Shown one piece after another: positions 37,172 to 49,365 of a DNA stretch of 64,000 nucleotides; position 1 is the first letter of the stretch, and each line of letters starts with the position of its first letter. A program made the translations under genes and the position numbers. The notes under the pieces are model-generated. The model did not search any database, was not told where the DNA came from, and saw nothing but the letters and a program-made list of their open reading frames with translations. The stretch comes from Callorhinchus milii (Eukaryota), in the NCBI RefSeq assembly GCF_018977255.1, contig NW_024704742.1, positions 135,906,001-135,970,000 of the forward strand. The letters are read 5' to 3'.

Positions 37172-39887
37172 CTGAGTTGAAATAAAGGCAAAGAACATAT
37201 CTGTGAGTGAGAGGGGAGAGGGGGTCGGGTGGGGGCAGTAATTATATAATATATAATTATATAATTATATAATTGCATTTATACAGCACTGTTCACACGG
37301 GGCAGAGTCTCAGAGTAGTTGACAGTGTCTGAGCCGGTTCTTTTAAAGAGCAATCCCTTTCAGTCCCATTTTCCGGCCCTTTCTGCTTATAGAACCATGG
37401 AACCCATAATTTATATGTCTTTATCCGGTCACTAGAGTAAGAATTTGCATGTTTTTTGGTGCGAGAACCCGGGAAGATCAGGGGCAAGCGAGACTGTTCT
37501 CTCAAACCTACGGAGCCAGGCTACAAAACAATTATATTTGCATTTACATAGCGTCCTTTAAGCAGAGTAGGGTCTCAGAGCGCCTGCCTGTGGCGGAGCC
37601 TGGCGCCGAAATGGGGGAAGGAAGGGAAGAGGTGACCATAAGCACGGTCGAAGAGAAAGGTCTTGAGTCGTGATCTAAAAAAGGGGAAGGAGGGGGTGAG
37701 GTGCAGGGATTGGGGGAGAGAGTTCCAAAGCTTCGGGGCGCAGTAGCGCAACACACCGAGAGCAACACACGCAAGACGAGAGCTGTTCGAGTGATCTTTC
37801 GAGGCTGACAGCTCTTTGTTAAAATATTCATACCACCGCAACCTTGTGCTGTTAAGTGATCAGCACAGGGCTCTGCTCAGCCCCGGGCTTTAAGAAGCGC
37901 CACCGGGATTATTGTAGCCTTTGGGCCATGTTCGAACACAGTTAATTCTTACAGCCATCACCCAACCGCACGGAAACGGCAAAGGATGGGCGGCGTGTGG
38001 AGTCACGGGGTGAGACACAGGACTGTGTTAAATGTGGCATCAGGAAACACAAAAATAATAATAATATGATACGGCGCCTTATCACATCATTGAGACGCCT
38101 CAAAGCGCTTCACAGTTTATACTGGAAAGTGGAGTGACTGTGTGTTTCGTGGGAGAAACGTGGCAGCCAATCCCACAAACATCAAAGGCGAGCCCTGGAG
38201 GACAGGCTGGTACTGGGGGAAGAGGTAGATTTTAAGGGAGATTTAAAGACAGACCCCGGGTGGGGTGGTGGGGGGAGGAACACTGAATGCTAGAGAGAGG
38301 CAGCTCGAGAGATTAGCGGTGTAGTAACTGAACAATCGATCACCGATGGTGAGTCGGTGATGGTGGTCACCGAAGGGGAGTGGGATTAGCCGAGTGGAGG
38401 GGCGAGCGTGGGGGGAGGGAGGGGAAGGGGGGAAGGAAGGCGACAGATATCTTCTGGAGAGGAGACAAACAGACAACAGAGAAAGAATGAGATATCAGCT
38501 AAGGATCAGTAAGTGAGTTGTGACACACTGTCACAGCTCATGATAAGAAAGGTGATAAAGTTTCACAAGTAATTATATTGAATGTCAGGCATTGGGTTAG
38601 ACTAAGACACAGCTTGCAGTTAGCCAACTCACTGACTCGCTTCCCTCCTCCAGAGGGTGACCGGGAAATGAAGAGTGGCTCCCGCAAGCAGAAGCCTAAT
38701 AAGAGTGGTCTAAGCTGGACCAACAGTGAGGCGCTTGTTAGCTGGTTAACCTCTAGTTGTTTAACCCAACGCTTTCCCTCCTAAGGCTTGGCTCTCACCA
38801 GAACAAGCAACACTCTCCTGGCTTGGAGAAGCAGGGTGCGTCTCGCTCTAACCTCCGTACCCCCATTGCACCAGTCCTCGCCAGGCTCCACTGGCTCCCT
38901 ATCAGCACAATGGATCTGCTTCCAGATCCTCACACCCATCTTCATGCCCCGCACCTCCCTATAGCTCGCCGACCTGCTTATTCCTTATGCCACCACCCAG
39001 CACCCTCGCTCGGCTGACTCTGGCCTCCCGCACGTTCCTCATCCCCTACCCTCCACCATTGGCAGCCGTGCATTCAGCCACTCCGTCCCAAAACTCTGGA
39101 AGTCTTATCCTCATTCCCACCGCCTTGCCCTCTCCTCTTCAGGAAGAGCGTGCACATTCCATTCTAGACCCAGAGAAATGCGTAGGTGACATACACACGT
39201 GGAACTGTCAGTCATGTGTGTTACGTGCAGATAACATACACACGTGTGTTAGGTGTAAGTAACATACATATGTGGAACTGTCGATCAGGGTCAGTGACAC
39301 AGTGTTAGGGCTCCGAGTGTGCTAGACACACAGCTGGCTGACCAAAAATTAAATGAGTGTATGCGATGATCAAGATTTACGGTAAATCACAGGATTGTGT
39401 GTTGCGCAAGTGGATATGGCAGGAATTAGAAGGGTAAAGCTCAAGACATTTAACACAACACGTTGTGGTATCTGTCACAAGCCGTGTTATGAAACGTGGC
39501 TTCTTTATTTCCCTGGTGACTCTTTGATTGACCCGAGACACGCTGATGGCAACAAACACAAACACAGGGAGGGTCAACAGCTGTAGTAAGTGATAGTTTC
39601 CCTGATAATAACAGCTTGCTTTCGGACAGAGAGAGAAAGTGAAGTGGATCGTGGCAGAGGGTGACAAGCTGTGGAGATGTGGAAGGACAGGCACTCTGTG
39701 CTGTGACAGGCAGCCGGCAAACACTGACTGACAAGGTCGCTGATCAGATAGGATGGCGCGCCTGACAATGACACGCGACAAGTGCGAGACCGCAAATTAC
39801 ACAGGCTCGTACGAGACGGAAGGGGAGACGGGCAAGGAAGAAGGAAAACTGGCGAAATCTAAATTAACCGGGGGCATTTAAACAAGG

Positions 39888-40195
39888 CACAACAACAACA
39901 ACAACAACTGACATTTGCATAGCGCCTTTCACGTCCGGAAGACACCCCAAGGCGCTGGACAGTCAAGGATTGGACCCGAGCTGCGGGTTGGGGAGGGTCG
40001 GAGGGCAGGAGGTGACCGAAGGCGCGGTTGAGGCGAAGGGTCTTGAGATGGACCTTGAAGAAGGAAAAGAAGGGAGCGAGCCGAAGGGACTGTAGGATGA
40101 AGTTCAAAGGGTGGGGGCAGAGAGCTGAAGGCCGGACCACTGATGGTGGAGCAGGTCAGAACCTGCTGAGTGGAGGGAGTGGGCGGGTTGGGTAT
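39888..40195 (-). mobile_element. L2 LINE 3' fragment
   Basis: (ACA)n tail, hairpin, FKVHLKTL remnant. Confidence 0.75.
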
Positions 40196-40433
40196 GGAGC
40201 ACCATAAACATGACCATATTATTATTATTTCTTTTTGAAGGGATTTTTACTCCAGGAAAAGCGATCCGCCAATTGACTAAGAACCGTGTTCCTACGTGCT
40301 GCTAGGTAACCAGAGACGTGTGGAGTAAGGAAACTTACATGAGGAATCAAACCCCCGGGTCCTCTCGCTTGTGAGACGAGCACTCTAACCAATACGCTAC
40401 AGGATTCCACAGGATTAGGGAGATAACACGTAC

Positions 40434-40590
40434 CTGTTGATGCCTTCTCTTGTGAAGTAGACGGAGTAGGTCTGGATTGCTCCGTGGGTCTCGACAGGTG
40501 GGCGCCAGCTCAGACGGACAAAGCGACTGGACACTAGGACAGGGACCACATCCCGAGGGGCCGAGGGGAGGACACTGGAGCTTGGTAAGG
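40434..40590 (-). CDS. DCC: DCC coding exon 8 (157 nt, start of FNIII-1)
   Basis: Polypyrimidine tract and ctcag|CC TTA ... AAC AG|gtacgt; [53 protein letters not shown]. Confidence 0.95.
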
Positions 40591-43086
40591 CTGAGGGTTC
40601 AGGAGGAGAGGAAGCGGTCAGTGAGGGAGAGGTCACCAGAGAGGGCAGGGGCGTGGAGCCTAGTGGGGGTGCAGTATAAAGGTTATTACCCAGCAAGAGG
40701 GGGGGGGAGTGGGAGAGAAAAGGGTGGATAGAGGGAACGAATGGATGAACAAAATGTGGAATAAATAGAGAAAAAGAGGAGAAAGAAAAACTGATAACTT
40801 GAAGAAATAGCGAAAATTTTACTTCCAGCTTGGCATTGTAATATACACCTCCCTCCCCACCGACCCCCTCCCCCCCCCCACCCCACCACCCTCTTAGGAC
40901 CACCATAACTAATGAAAGGTATGTGGTTCACTGGGGGAGGAAGATACAATTACTGACTGAATGTGGGAAGCAATCCAGTGCAATGCTGGGGGAACACTAC
41001 ATTATCAGAGGTGCCGTCCTTTGGGTGGGACGTTAACTGAGATCCCGTATGTCTGTTCAGGTGGATGTTACAGATCCCATGACACTATCGGAAAAGAGAA
41101 GGGAGTTTACAGTAAAGTCTACTGACTACCATTTGACATAACGCCTTAACACATCATTGACGTCTCAAAGCGCTTTACAGAATATATTGTAAAGTGTATT
41201 TCATGGGTGAAACTCATAAGGGAATTGCACACAGTGTCCCACAAACAGTCACGGATTGAGTGACCAAATGTTTTCTTGGATGGATTATTACACCCGGAAT
41301 GCCTTCCGCCAAACGATTACAACTGCTAGGCAAGCGGAGGTATGTGGAGTAAGGAAACTTGCCCAAGGTTTGCCTCCACCCGAAAATCGAACCCGGGTCC
41401 TCTGAATAGGGCACAGACGGACCTCAGTTTATCGTCTCATTTGTAGGAAGGCATCTCTGACAATTCAGGGTTCTCTTCCAGCACTGCACTGGAGTGTCAG
41501 CCTGGATTATGAGTCCTCAAGTGGGGCTTTAACATTCACCCGACTTGTAAATAGCCAGAATCTAAATGAATCGCTCAATCAGAAACAAAGCGGAAGATAG
41601 TCTGGAAATAAATAAGTAATGAAGCTTGTATTTAAAATAGAATGCAATGCACACAAGCACAGCTCTAGAGGATATTTGGTCCATTTGACTTCAGCGTTCC
41701 AGAACCCCAGTTAGTGTCTCCGAGAATATCAGTCAGTATTTGAGGCTCAGAGAATTATTTTATTGAACTTGTGGTCACCAACCTATTTGGCCAACCAAAC
41801 ACAATTTTCTTTATCGAATTTTTTTTTATCATTTATGACTGCGCCATGTTTATCACAGCTACTGGAAACAACAAGGTGTTGGTTTGAAACGGATTTACGT
41901 GGACTGGACCAGCTATTTGGCGAGCCACGACATCATATTTTGTGGGACACTGCTGTGCGCAATTGGCTGCCGCGTTCGCCCACAAATATGCAGTCAATTC
42001 ACTTTACAGTATATTCTGTGAAGCGCTTTGCGATGTCTGGAAGACGTGAAAAGCGCTATATCAAATGCAAGGATTATTATTATTATTATTATTATATCTA
42101 TTCTGCCCATTGTACATGGTTATGGAGTTCTAGACCACTGGGTCCCATATTCCCTCCATCTCTTGGGAATGGCTGAGGCAAACTCCGTGATCCAGGAGGT
42201 TTTACAAAGGGAAGGAACCAGATAAAGATTTGAAAAAGAAAAGTGCTGGAGAGGAATGTGTGGTATTTCTTATATTAATCTGTAAATGTGTTATTGTTAT
42301 TTAATTAGCACCAGTCTTACTGTACGTTCAGCACAGCACAGCGCACACTAAACACACGGCACACACACAGCACATACACTAAACACATACTAAACACCCA
42401 CAATCTAAACACACTCACTAAACATGTAATATACAATCAATACACTGCACACACCCAATACACCATACACATTAGATACACGTGAGATGCACACAACACA
42501 AACTACACACACATACAGGACACAGCTGTTCCCCGTTCCCCAGTGGGTCGGGCAGGCTTGGGTCTGGTTACTTCAGGTCTATGGGAATCACACTGCACGG
42601 AGCCCTAGACAGTGAAGCTGCCATTTGTTGTGTTTGATGGGACATGGTTTGTGTTTGTCTAACGCTCCGTGAGAAGGGAGAGAACACGGCAGATTGAATT
42701 CCATACATTTTTAATGAAATATAAAAGAGCCCATCAGTCACCACAAACACTTGTGACGCTCAAACACGATTCTCCAAAGCAGCTCGACTCCAACGCTGCA
42801 ATATCGCCTGACATGATGTGAGCTTTGTATTGTTTACTGCTGGCTCCAAGCAGCAAACACAGTCAAACAGCTTCACTCAACCATTCATTTCAGCCCTGGA
42901 ACCCTGTGCCCTGTGCATCTGTACAGTCTATATCCTGCAGGCGCTATACTGTACACTGTACGCTCTATCTCTTTACCCTGACCTCTCTCTCCCTTGAACA
43001 CACTACACCTGTACGTCCTGTGCTCTGTACATTACACTTACAGTTATTATCTACTCTATATAATCTGAACCCTGTACAGGTACTAC

Positions 43087-43415
43087 TAACAACAACAAAT
43101 TCCATTCAAACAGCGCCTTTCAAGTTAGGAAGATGTCACAAGGCCCTGGACCGTCAAGGATTTGCACTGAAGCCCGGGATTGGGATCAGGAGGGGTGGTG
43201 GACAAAGAAGGTGGGGGAGGGGGGAAAGGTGACCGAAGGCATGGTCGAAGAAGAGGGTCTTGAGATGGGTGTTGAAGGAGGCAAGGGAGGAAGCGAGGTG
43301 AAGGGATTGTGGGATGGAGTTCCAAAGATCGGGGACAGAGCGGCTGAAGGCCCGACTACCGATGGCGGAGGACATGGAGAAGGCCGGAGCTGAGCGGAGT
43401 TAGCAGATGGGTTGG
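43087..43415 (-). mobile_element. L2 LINE 3' fragment
   Basis: GSRAFSRSVPDLWNSIPQSLHLASSLASFNTHLKTLFF, a typical L2 ORF2 C-terminus. Confidence 0.8.
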
Positions 43416-45719
43416 TGTGGAACACCGGTGCGTCTTCAGTGAAACAGAAGGATTAACATAACACGGGTCCAGTATGGGGTTACTGTGAACACTCTGCCCC
43501 TTGTAACCCCCTTTATTGTATGTCCCTCTACACTCTGTACCACACACACTCTGTAGAACACAATACAATTTACATTTATATAGCGCCTCTGACGGGAAGG
43601 ACGTCTCAAAACTCTTCACAGGGGTGGATTGATAACCAGGCTGGGGGTTGTAATCGAGGGGTTGTGGCGAGGAAAGGTAACCTATACACTGCTCTGTACA
43701 TAGCAAAATTGCAAATCTGAGCTGTGGTGTACTATACACCCTTGGCTTCATCCACTGTCGGTTTGGCTCAGTAGGTGGCAGGCTTGTCTCTGGGTCAAGT
43801 GATAGTGGGTTCAATGCTGACCTCAGCTCTTGTCGTCAGCTGATACTTCCTCCCATCCCGTGTAAGTTGTATAAAGTGCTCTTTGTGTTAGTAACAATAA
43901 TTCTTGTGTTTCACATAATCGTATCACACCGTTGAGACGTCTCAAAGCGCTTCGCAGAATACACTGTAAAATAAATTGACTGTCTATTTTGTGGACGAAA
44001 CACAGCAGCCAATGGCGTACAGCAGTTTCCCAGAAACATCGAGTGGACAGATTATTTTTTTTTGCTTTGTGTTCTGATAAACTGCACTTTATGCCTGCTC
44101 TTACCAACTTACTGATCAGCAGGAATAATATTTCACTACTTATCCTCTCAAACCTTTCACAATTGTCTCAACCTTTATTAAATTTATTAAATTGGCTCTT
44201 AACCTTTCTGTTTCATTGAAGACACCTCTGATATACTTCTGCGTCCCCTCTCCATGGCTATTTTCTATAATAATAATAATCGTGCTTGCATTTTTAATAC
44301 AGCAACCTTATCACATTGTTAAAATATCTCAAAGCGCTTCTCTGGATTTCCTGAGAAATGTAGTGCCTGTGTATTTGTAGGCCTAGAATAGTGTTGAATA
44401 ACCATTTAAGGTCTAACCAATGATGACTTAATACGGGTGTCAGATTTTTGGCTCAGTGGGTAGCTTGCGAACCTCTAGATTAGAAAGTCTATGTGTTGAA
44501 GACACACACATCAGGACTTTAGCTCACAGCGTAGACCAGCAGAGACACACACATCCCAACATGGAATGCCAGAACCAAGCCCACCAAGTGAGCTTGGTAG
44601 TCTAGTTGCTGAGCCAGGCAGGTCCTCAGTACTCTAGGGCACTGCTGATGACTGACTAGTTAGCCTGGTCACAAGCAGGACTTGGAAGGACAGACCAGTC
44701 ACTGGGGGCACTTAGTGCCTGTTAACCCTGTAAGCCAAAGCTCTAACGTTGAGGGTGATATTAGCTGGACAAGCAAAGGGAAGCTTACCAGGCAGTGCAC
44801 TCAACGGTAAGTTATGTGGTTTTAGCTGGTTAGATTCCAGCAGTTATCCCAATGCACCCTTTGGGGACCCAAGTCTTGAACTCTAATTAAAGTCTGAAAT
44901 GTTGTACACTGTCCAGCGCCTCGGGACGTTCTCCCGATATGAAAGGCGCTATACAAATGTAATCTTGTTGTTGTTGTTGATAAGGTAAGCAGGTTGCTTC
45001 TGTCTGGGGGAGGAAGGAATGGTACACTTATTCCATTGCAGGCACATGGAAATTTCCATACATATGTCCAACTCCCAGTAACGCAGTTTGGTTTGGGAGA
45101 CTCTTAAAAGCAGTAAGATGTGTCATATACCCACCCGATTGATCAGAGAAACACACAGACAGACACACACATACACCAACATACACGTACATAAATACAC
45201 AGATAAACACGCACAAACACACACCACATCCCTCACAGTGTGGACAGAAGCAATTAATGAAATTGCCCGCTGCAGCAGAGATAGAGCTTGCTGGACTGAG
45301 AGCTGATTGAATTGTATCTCACTGCTAGTCCGCATCCTGTGCAGTTTGTCTCAGAGGCAGTCTTATTGATTGCACCCGGCCAGGAGGAGCCTGGCACTGC
45401 ATACCAATGTGAGCGCCATGCCACTCAGGGGACACCATGTTCTAACCAAACTAAACACAGACAGATGTTGGGGAGAGATTACATTTCACGACGGGGTGTG
45501 GCAACATGAATATAATCGTATGGGCGCATAAACCTACAGTAAAGAGTACACTGTAAATATCCAGCTCTGTGCCTTATTTTTCTTCGGTAAGGGCATCAAG
45601 GGATATGGGGCAAAGGTGGGTAATTGGAGTTGAGGTACAGATCAGCCATGATCTGATAGAATGGCCAAACACGCTCGAACGGCCTACTCCTGTTCCTATG
45701 TTCCCATGCACTCAGAATC

Positions 45720-46099
45720 CCACTCCTGTTAACTCTGCACGCCAAAGCGTTAACGGGTTGGGTAGTCCTAACTGGACAAGCAGCGGGAATGCTTGCCAGA
45801 CAGTGATATCAACAGCAATCAATGCAGTTTTAGCTGGTTCGACTCCAGCAGTTATCCCAACTCACACTCTGGGGTCCCCAAGCCTTGGCTCTTGCCAACC
45901 TGCGCCTAATACTTTCCTGAATTAAGTGAGCAGGATGTGTCCCTCCAGGGAGAGCGAGAGAGCGCATTTCATTCCAACAATCTGTCTATGGAATTTGCAA
46001 GTATACACGGGATGCATGGAATTCTTAGCTTGGTTTGGATACTCTCAAGCACGGTGATCGGTTTCCCAGTGTGTCAGATACTTGGCTGACAAAAAAAAA
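45720..46099 (+). mobile_element. Unclassified interspersed repeat, same family as 20054-20457
   Basis: Shared blocks GTCCTAACTGGACAAGCAGCGGGA, CCCCAAGCCTTGGCTCTTGCCAACC, GGCTGAC-A(n). Confidence 0.8.
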
Positions 46100-48644
46100 T
46101 CATCTGCAATGTTAAACAGCCTCTGGATGGAGATTTCACAAACTCAATTAGGGAACAAAGTCTATTTCAATGGCCACAAATCCTGGCTGGGTGTTCAACT
46201 GGCTCCATCGTGACACTTACTTCTTTTTTGTTGGTCAGCTGAGGGTCTGAGACATGGGGAAACTCACTGGAATGCATCAGGGTCTCCAAACCAAACTGGT
46301 CTACCCCTCCAAATCCTCTACAGTAGGCAAGAACCAAGGTTTGGGGATGCCAATTGCTATGGTTCAAACCACAGAGCTTGCTATTGAGAGCGCTGTCTGA
46401 CAAACTTCTCGCTGCGTCCAGCCTAAGACCAATCTTCTGGGTAGGAAATAATTATAATAATAACCCTTGCATTTGATATAGTGATTTAACACATCACTGA
46501 GATGTCTCAAAGCACAGCACAGAATATTGCGGCAGCCAATTACAGCAGCATCCACAAACAATCACGGATTGAGTAACCAAATGATTACTTTTTTTTAAGG
46601 GATTATTACCCAAACTAAACGATCCGCCAATCAACTAATAACCGAGTTCCCAGCTACTGGGAGGTGAAAAGACCTCTTACTGTGGAATAAGGAAACTTGC
46701 CGAAGATTTCGTTCGGCCTGGAAATCAAACCCAGGTCCTCTCGCTTTCGAAGCTATTGTTCCAACAAATAGACTACAGGACCCTGCATACCTTCTCCAGT
46801 GACTAATCTGCCAACCCCAGGTCCTGCTGATGAGCCACGATATGCTATACTGTCACCAGTGCCCTGGAGTATTGAAGATTTTGCTGGCTCGGGGATTGGA
46901 CTAGAGACTGTCACAGAGAGTGGATTCGATTCCAACCTTTCGTTGTAAAGCTTGTTAGTTCCATGAAACACTAAAGATGCTGTTTGTCTCTCTCCCTCCC
47001 CCCCCAACTACGCCAAGGACATTTTTTTTTCGGATGAATAAACAAATAAACAATTGGCTTTGCATCATTTCGTTGCAATTGGCTTTGTACCAGGTGGAAG
47101 GCTTGTCATTTTCTTATTAAAGACTGGCGGCCGGGGATTGTGGGCGGATAAGGTCAAATGGGCCAAAGGGTTTCTTCACCCCAACCTCTCAGTGATGGCT
47201 GTCTGCGTGCTGAGAGGATAGAGCACTGATTAATGACAGGGCAGCCTGCTCTCTCATTGCCCACTTTAATCAGCCTCTCCATCATCCTGTTAGTGTTACA
47301 CTGGCAGCTTCAGTCAGTGAATAGTGAGATATAGGCTGTAACCTGAACCCTGTGGTACCAATCCCAGGGAGGAGGGAGGAAAGGAAGGAGGGGAGGGAGA
47401 GAAGGAAGGAGAGTGGGAGTGAGACATAGAAGGCGGGAGAGAGGGAGGATGGGATGATGGATGGAGGGAAGGAAGGAAGGAACGAACGAAGCCGGTCGAA
47501 TCATTATCACAAATAGGAACAGACAGGCCCTCGGTATAAGGTCTTACCTGAAGGATTGCACCTCCAACAATGCAGCCCCTCTAACCACCCCACTACCCCC
47601 AGCACTGTGCTGGTACATTACTTGCTGTCAGAAAGCACAGGCTGTAACCTGAACCGTATGGTACCAATAACAATAACAGATTGATATTGAGTTAACACAT
47701 GACATCACACGCTCTTAAATTAGACCTTTTATATATTATTCGGAAGAGACGTTAAACCGAGGTCCCATCTGCCAGTCCTAGGAGACATTAAAGATCCTTC
47801 CAGTGTCCTGGACAGCAATTCCCCGAAATAAAATTGGTCACACAGTCCACGGCTGTTTTTTGGGGATTCTGCTGTGCAAAAACAGTTTTTTCACCCACAA
47901 AATACACAGTCAATCCGCTTTACAGTATATTCTGTGAAATACTTTGAGGCTTTGAGATGTCTCGGCGATATGAAAGGGGGCTAGTTGTTGCTATCATTAT
48001 TCATACTCTTAGCTAAACTATAGCGACAAAATAAATCGTATATCTTATACATAATCATACCACATGAGAGGTGAGACATTGCTTCACACTAACCCAGGCC
48101 TTTTCACTGTGAGACACTGTGTCTTTAAAGCCAGGAGCAGGGGGGGACATGGAGCTTTGCTCAAAATACAGCTGAGTTATTGGACAGGAGCTGGCATTTT
48201 GACCGCCACCTCCTGTGCCTACAATGGTGGCTCAGTTTCTCTGAAAATCAGCCGTAAATTCACCCCAATCACGCTTTAATGTTCCATCTTTGTTCAAACC
48301 CTTCCTCGCTCAATCCTCCCTTCATTCCCTCCCTCTCTCCGCCTCTCTCCCCAGTCCAGAAATTTCATCTGCAGAAAGCTACGCAGTTGAACATCCAACA
48401 TAGCAGCTGCTGCAATCGTTAGTTAATATGCACCTCCCACCCCCCTTTTCGGACAGAGAGCTCTGAGTGTAGATCTTCAGGGGGGAGTTGCAGATTTCTG
48501 AAGGCAGCTCATTATATTCCCAGTGAAGATCTTCTGGTCATTATGTTTGCGAAGCCGCCTCACCAGCAGAGACATTGAGCATATTAATGAGAGGGGGAGC
48601 TCGCCCAGTCTTACAGCAGTGTAAGACGTAAGCAACAAAGAACA

Positions 48645-49365
48645 AACAAGTATTTACATTTGGACAGTGCCGTTGACATTGTGAGGAGGTCCCAAGGCGC
48701 TGGACAATCAGTGTTTCGGACTTGAACTGGGGGTTAGGATTGGGGAGGGGAGGGCAGGGAGGGAAGGAGGGTGATCAAAAGTATGGTCGAAGAGGAGGGT
48801 CTTGAGAAGGGTCTTGAAGGAGACAAGGGAGGGGGGCGAGGTGGAGGGACTGTGGGATGGAGTTCTGGAGGGTGGGGGCAGAGTGGCATCAACAAGCCCG
48901 ACCCCCTCCTCATCCAGCTGCCCCCCCGCCAATGGTGGGCAGGGCGAGGCGGGGGACGGGAATCAGGCCAGAGCCCACTGAGCAGAGGGAGTGAGCAGGA
49001 TAGTGGGGGTTAAGAAGTTGCAGAGGTAGGGGGGAGCAAGGCCATGGAGGGCTTTGAAGGTGAGGACCTGAATTTTAGACTGTATCCTCTGCGTGACGGG
49101 AAGCCAGGGGAGTCGGGCGAGGATGGGGGTGATAGGGTCGCAGAGCCTGGTGCGGGATAGGACACGGGCTGCAGAGTTCTGGATGATCTGCAGCCTATGG
49201 AGGGAGGAGTTGGAGAAGCTGACAAGCAGGGAGTTTGCATAGTCGAGCCTGAATGTTATGAATGTGTGTGTGAGGGTCTCTGCAGCCTGCGGTGCGAGAC
49301 AGTAGCGTAGCCGGGAGGTGTTGCAGAGGTTGGGAAAGGCGGAGCGGGTCACGGCACAGATGTGA
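48645..49365 (-). mobile_element. L2 LINE 3' fragment
   Basis: AAETLTHTFITFRLDYANSLL...LQIIQNSAARVL...ILARLPWLP...FKALHGLAPPYL. Confidence 0.9.

Noticed and set aside
46820..46870. Hammerhead ribozyme core (CTGATGAG)
   Set aside because: No stem II followed by GAAA at a suitable distance.
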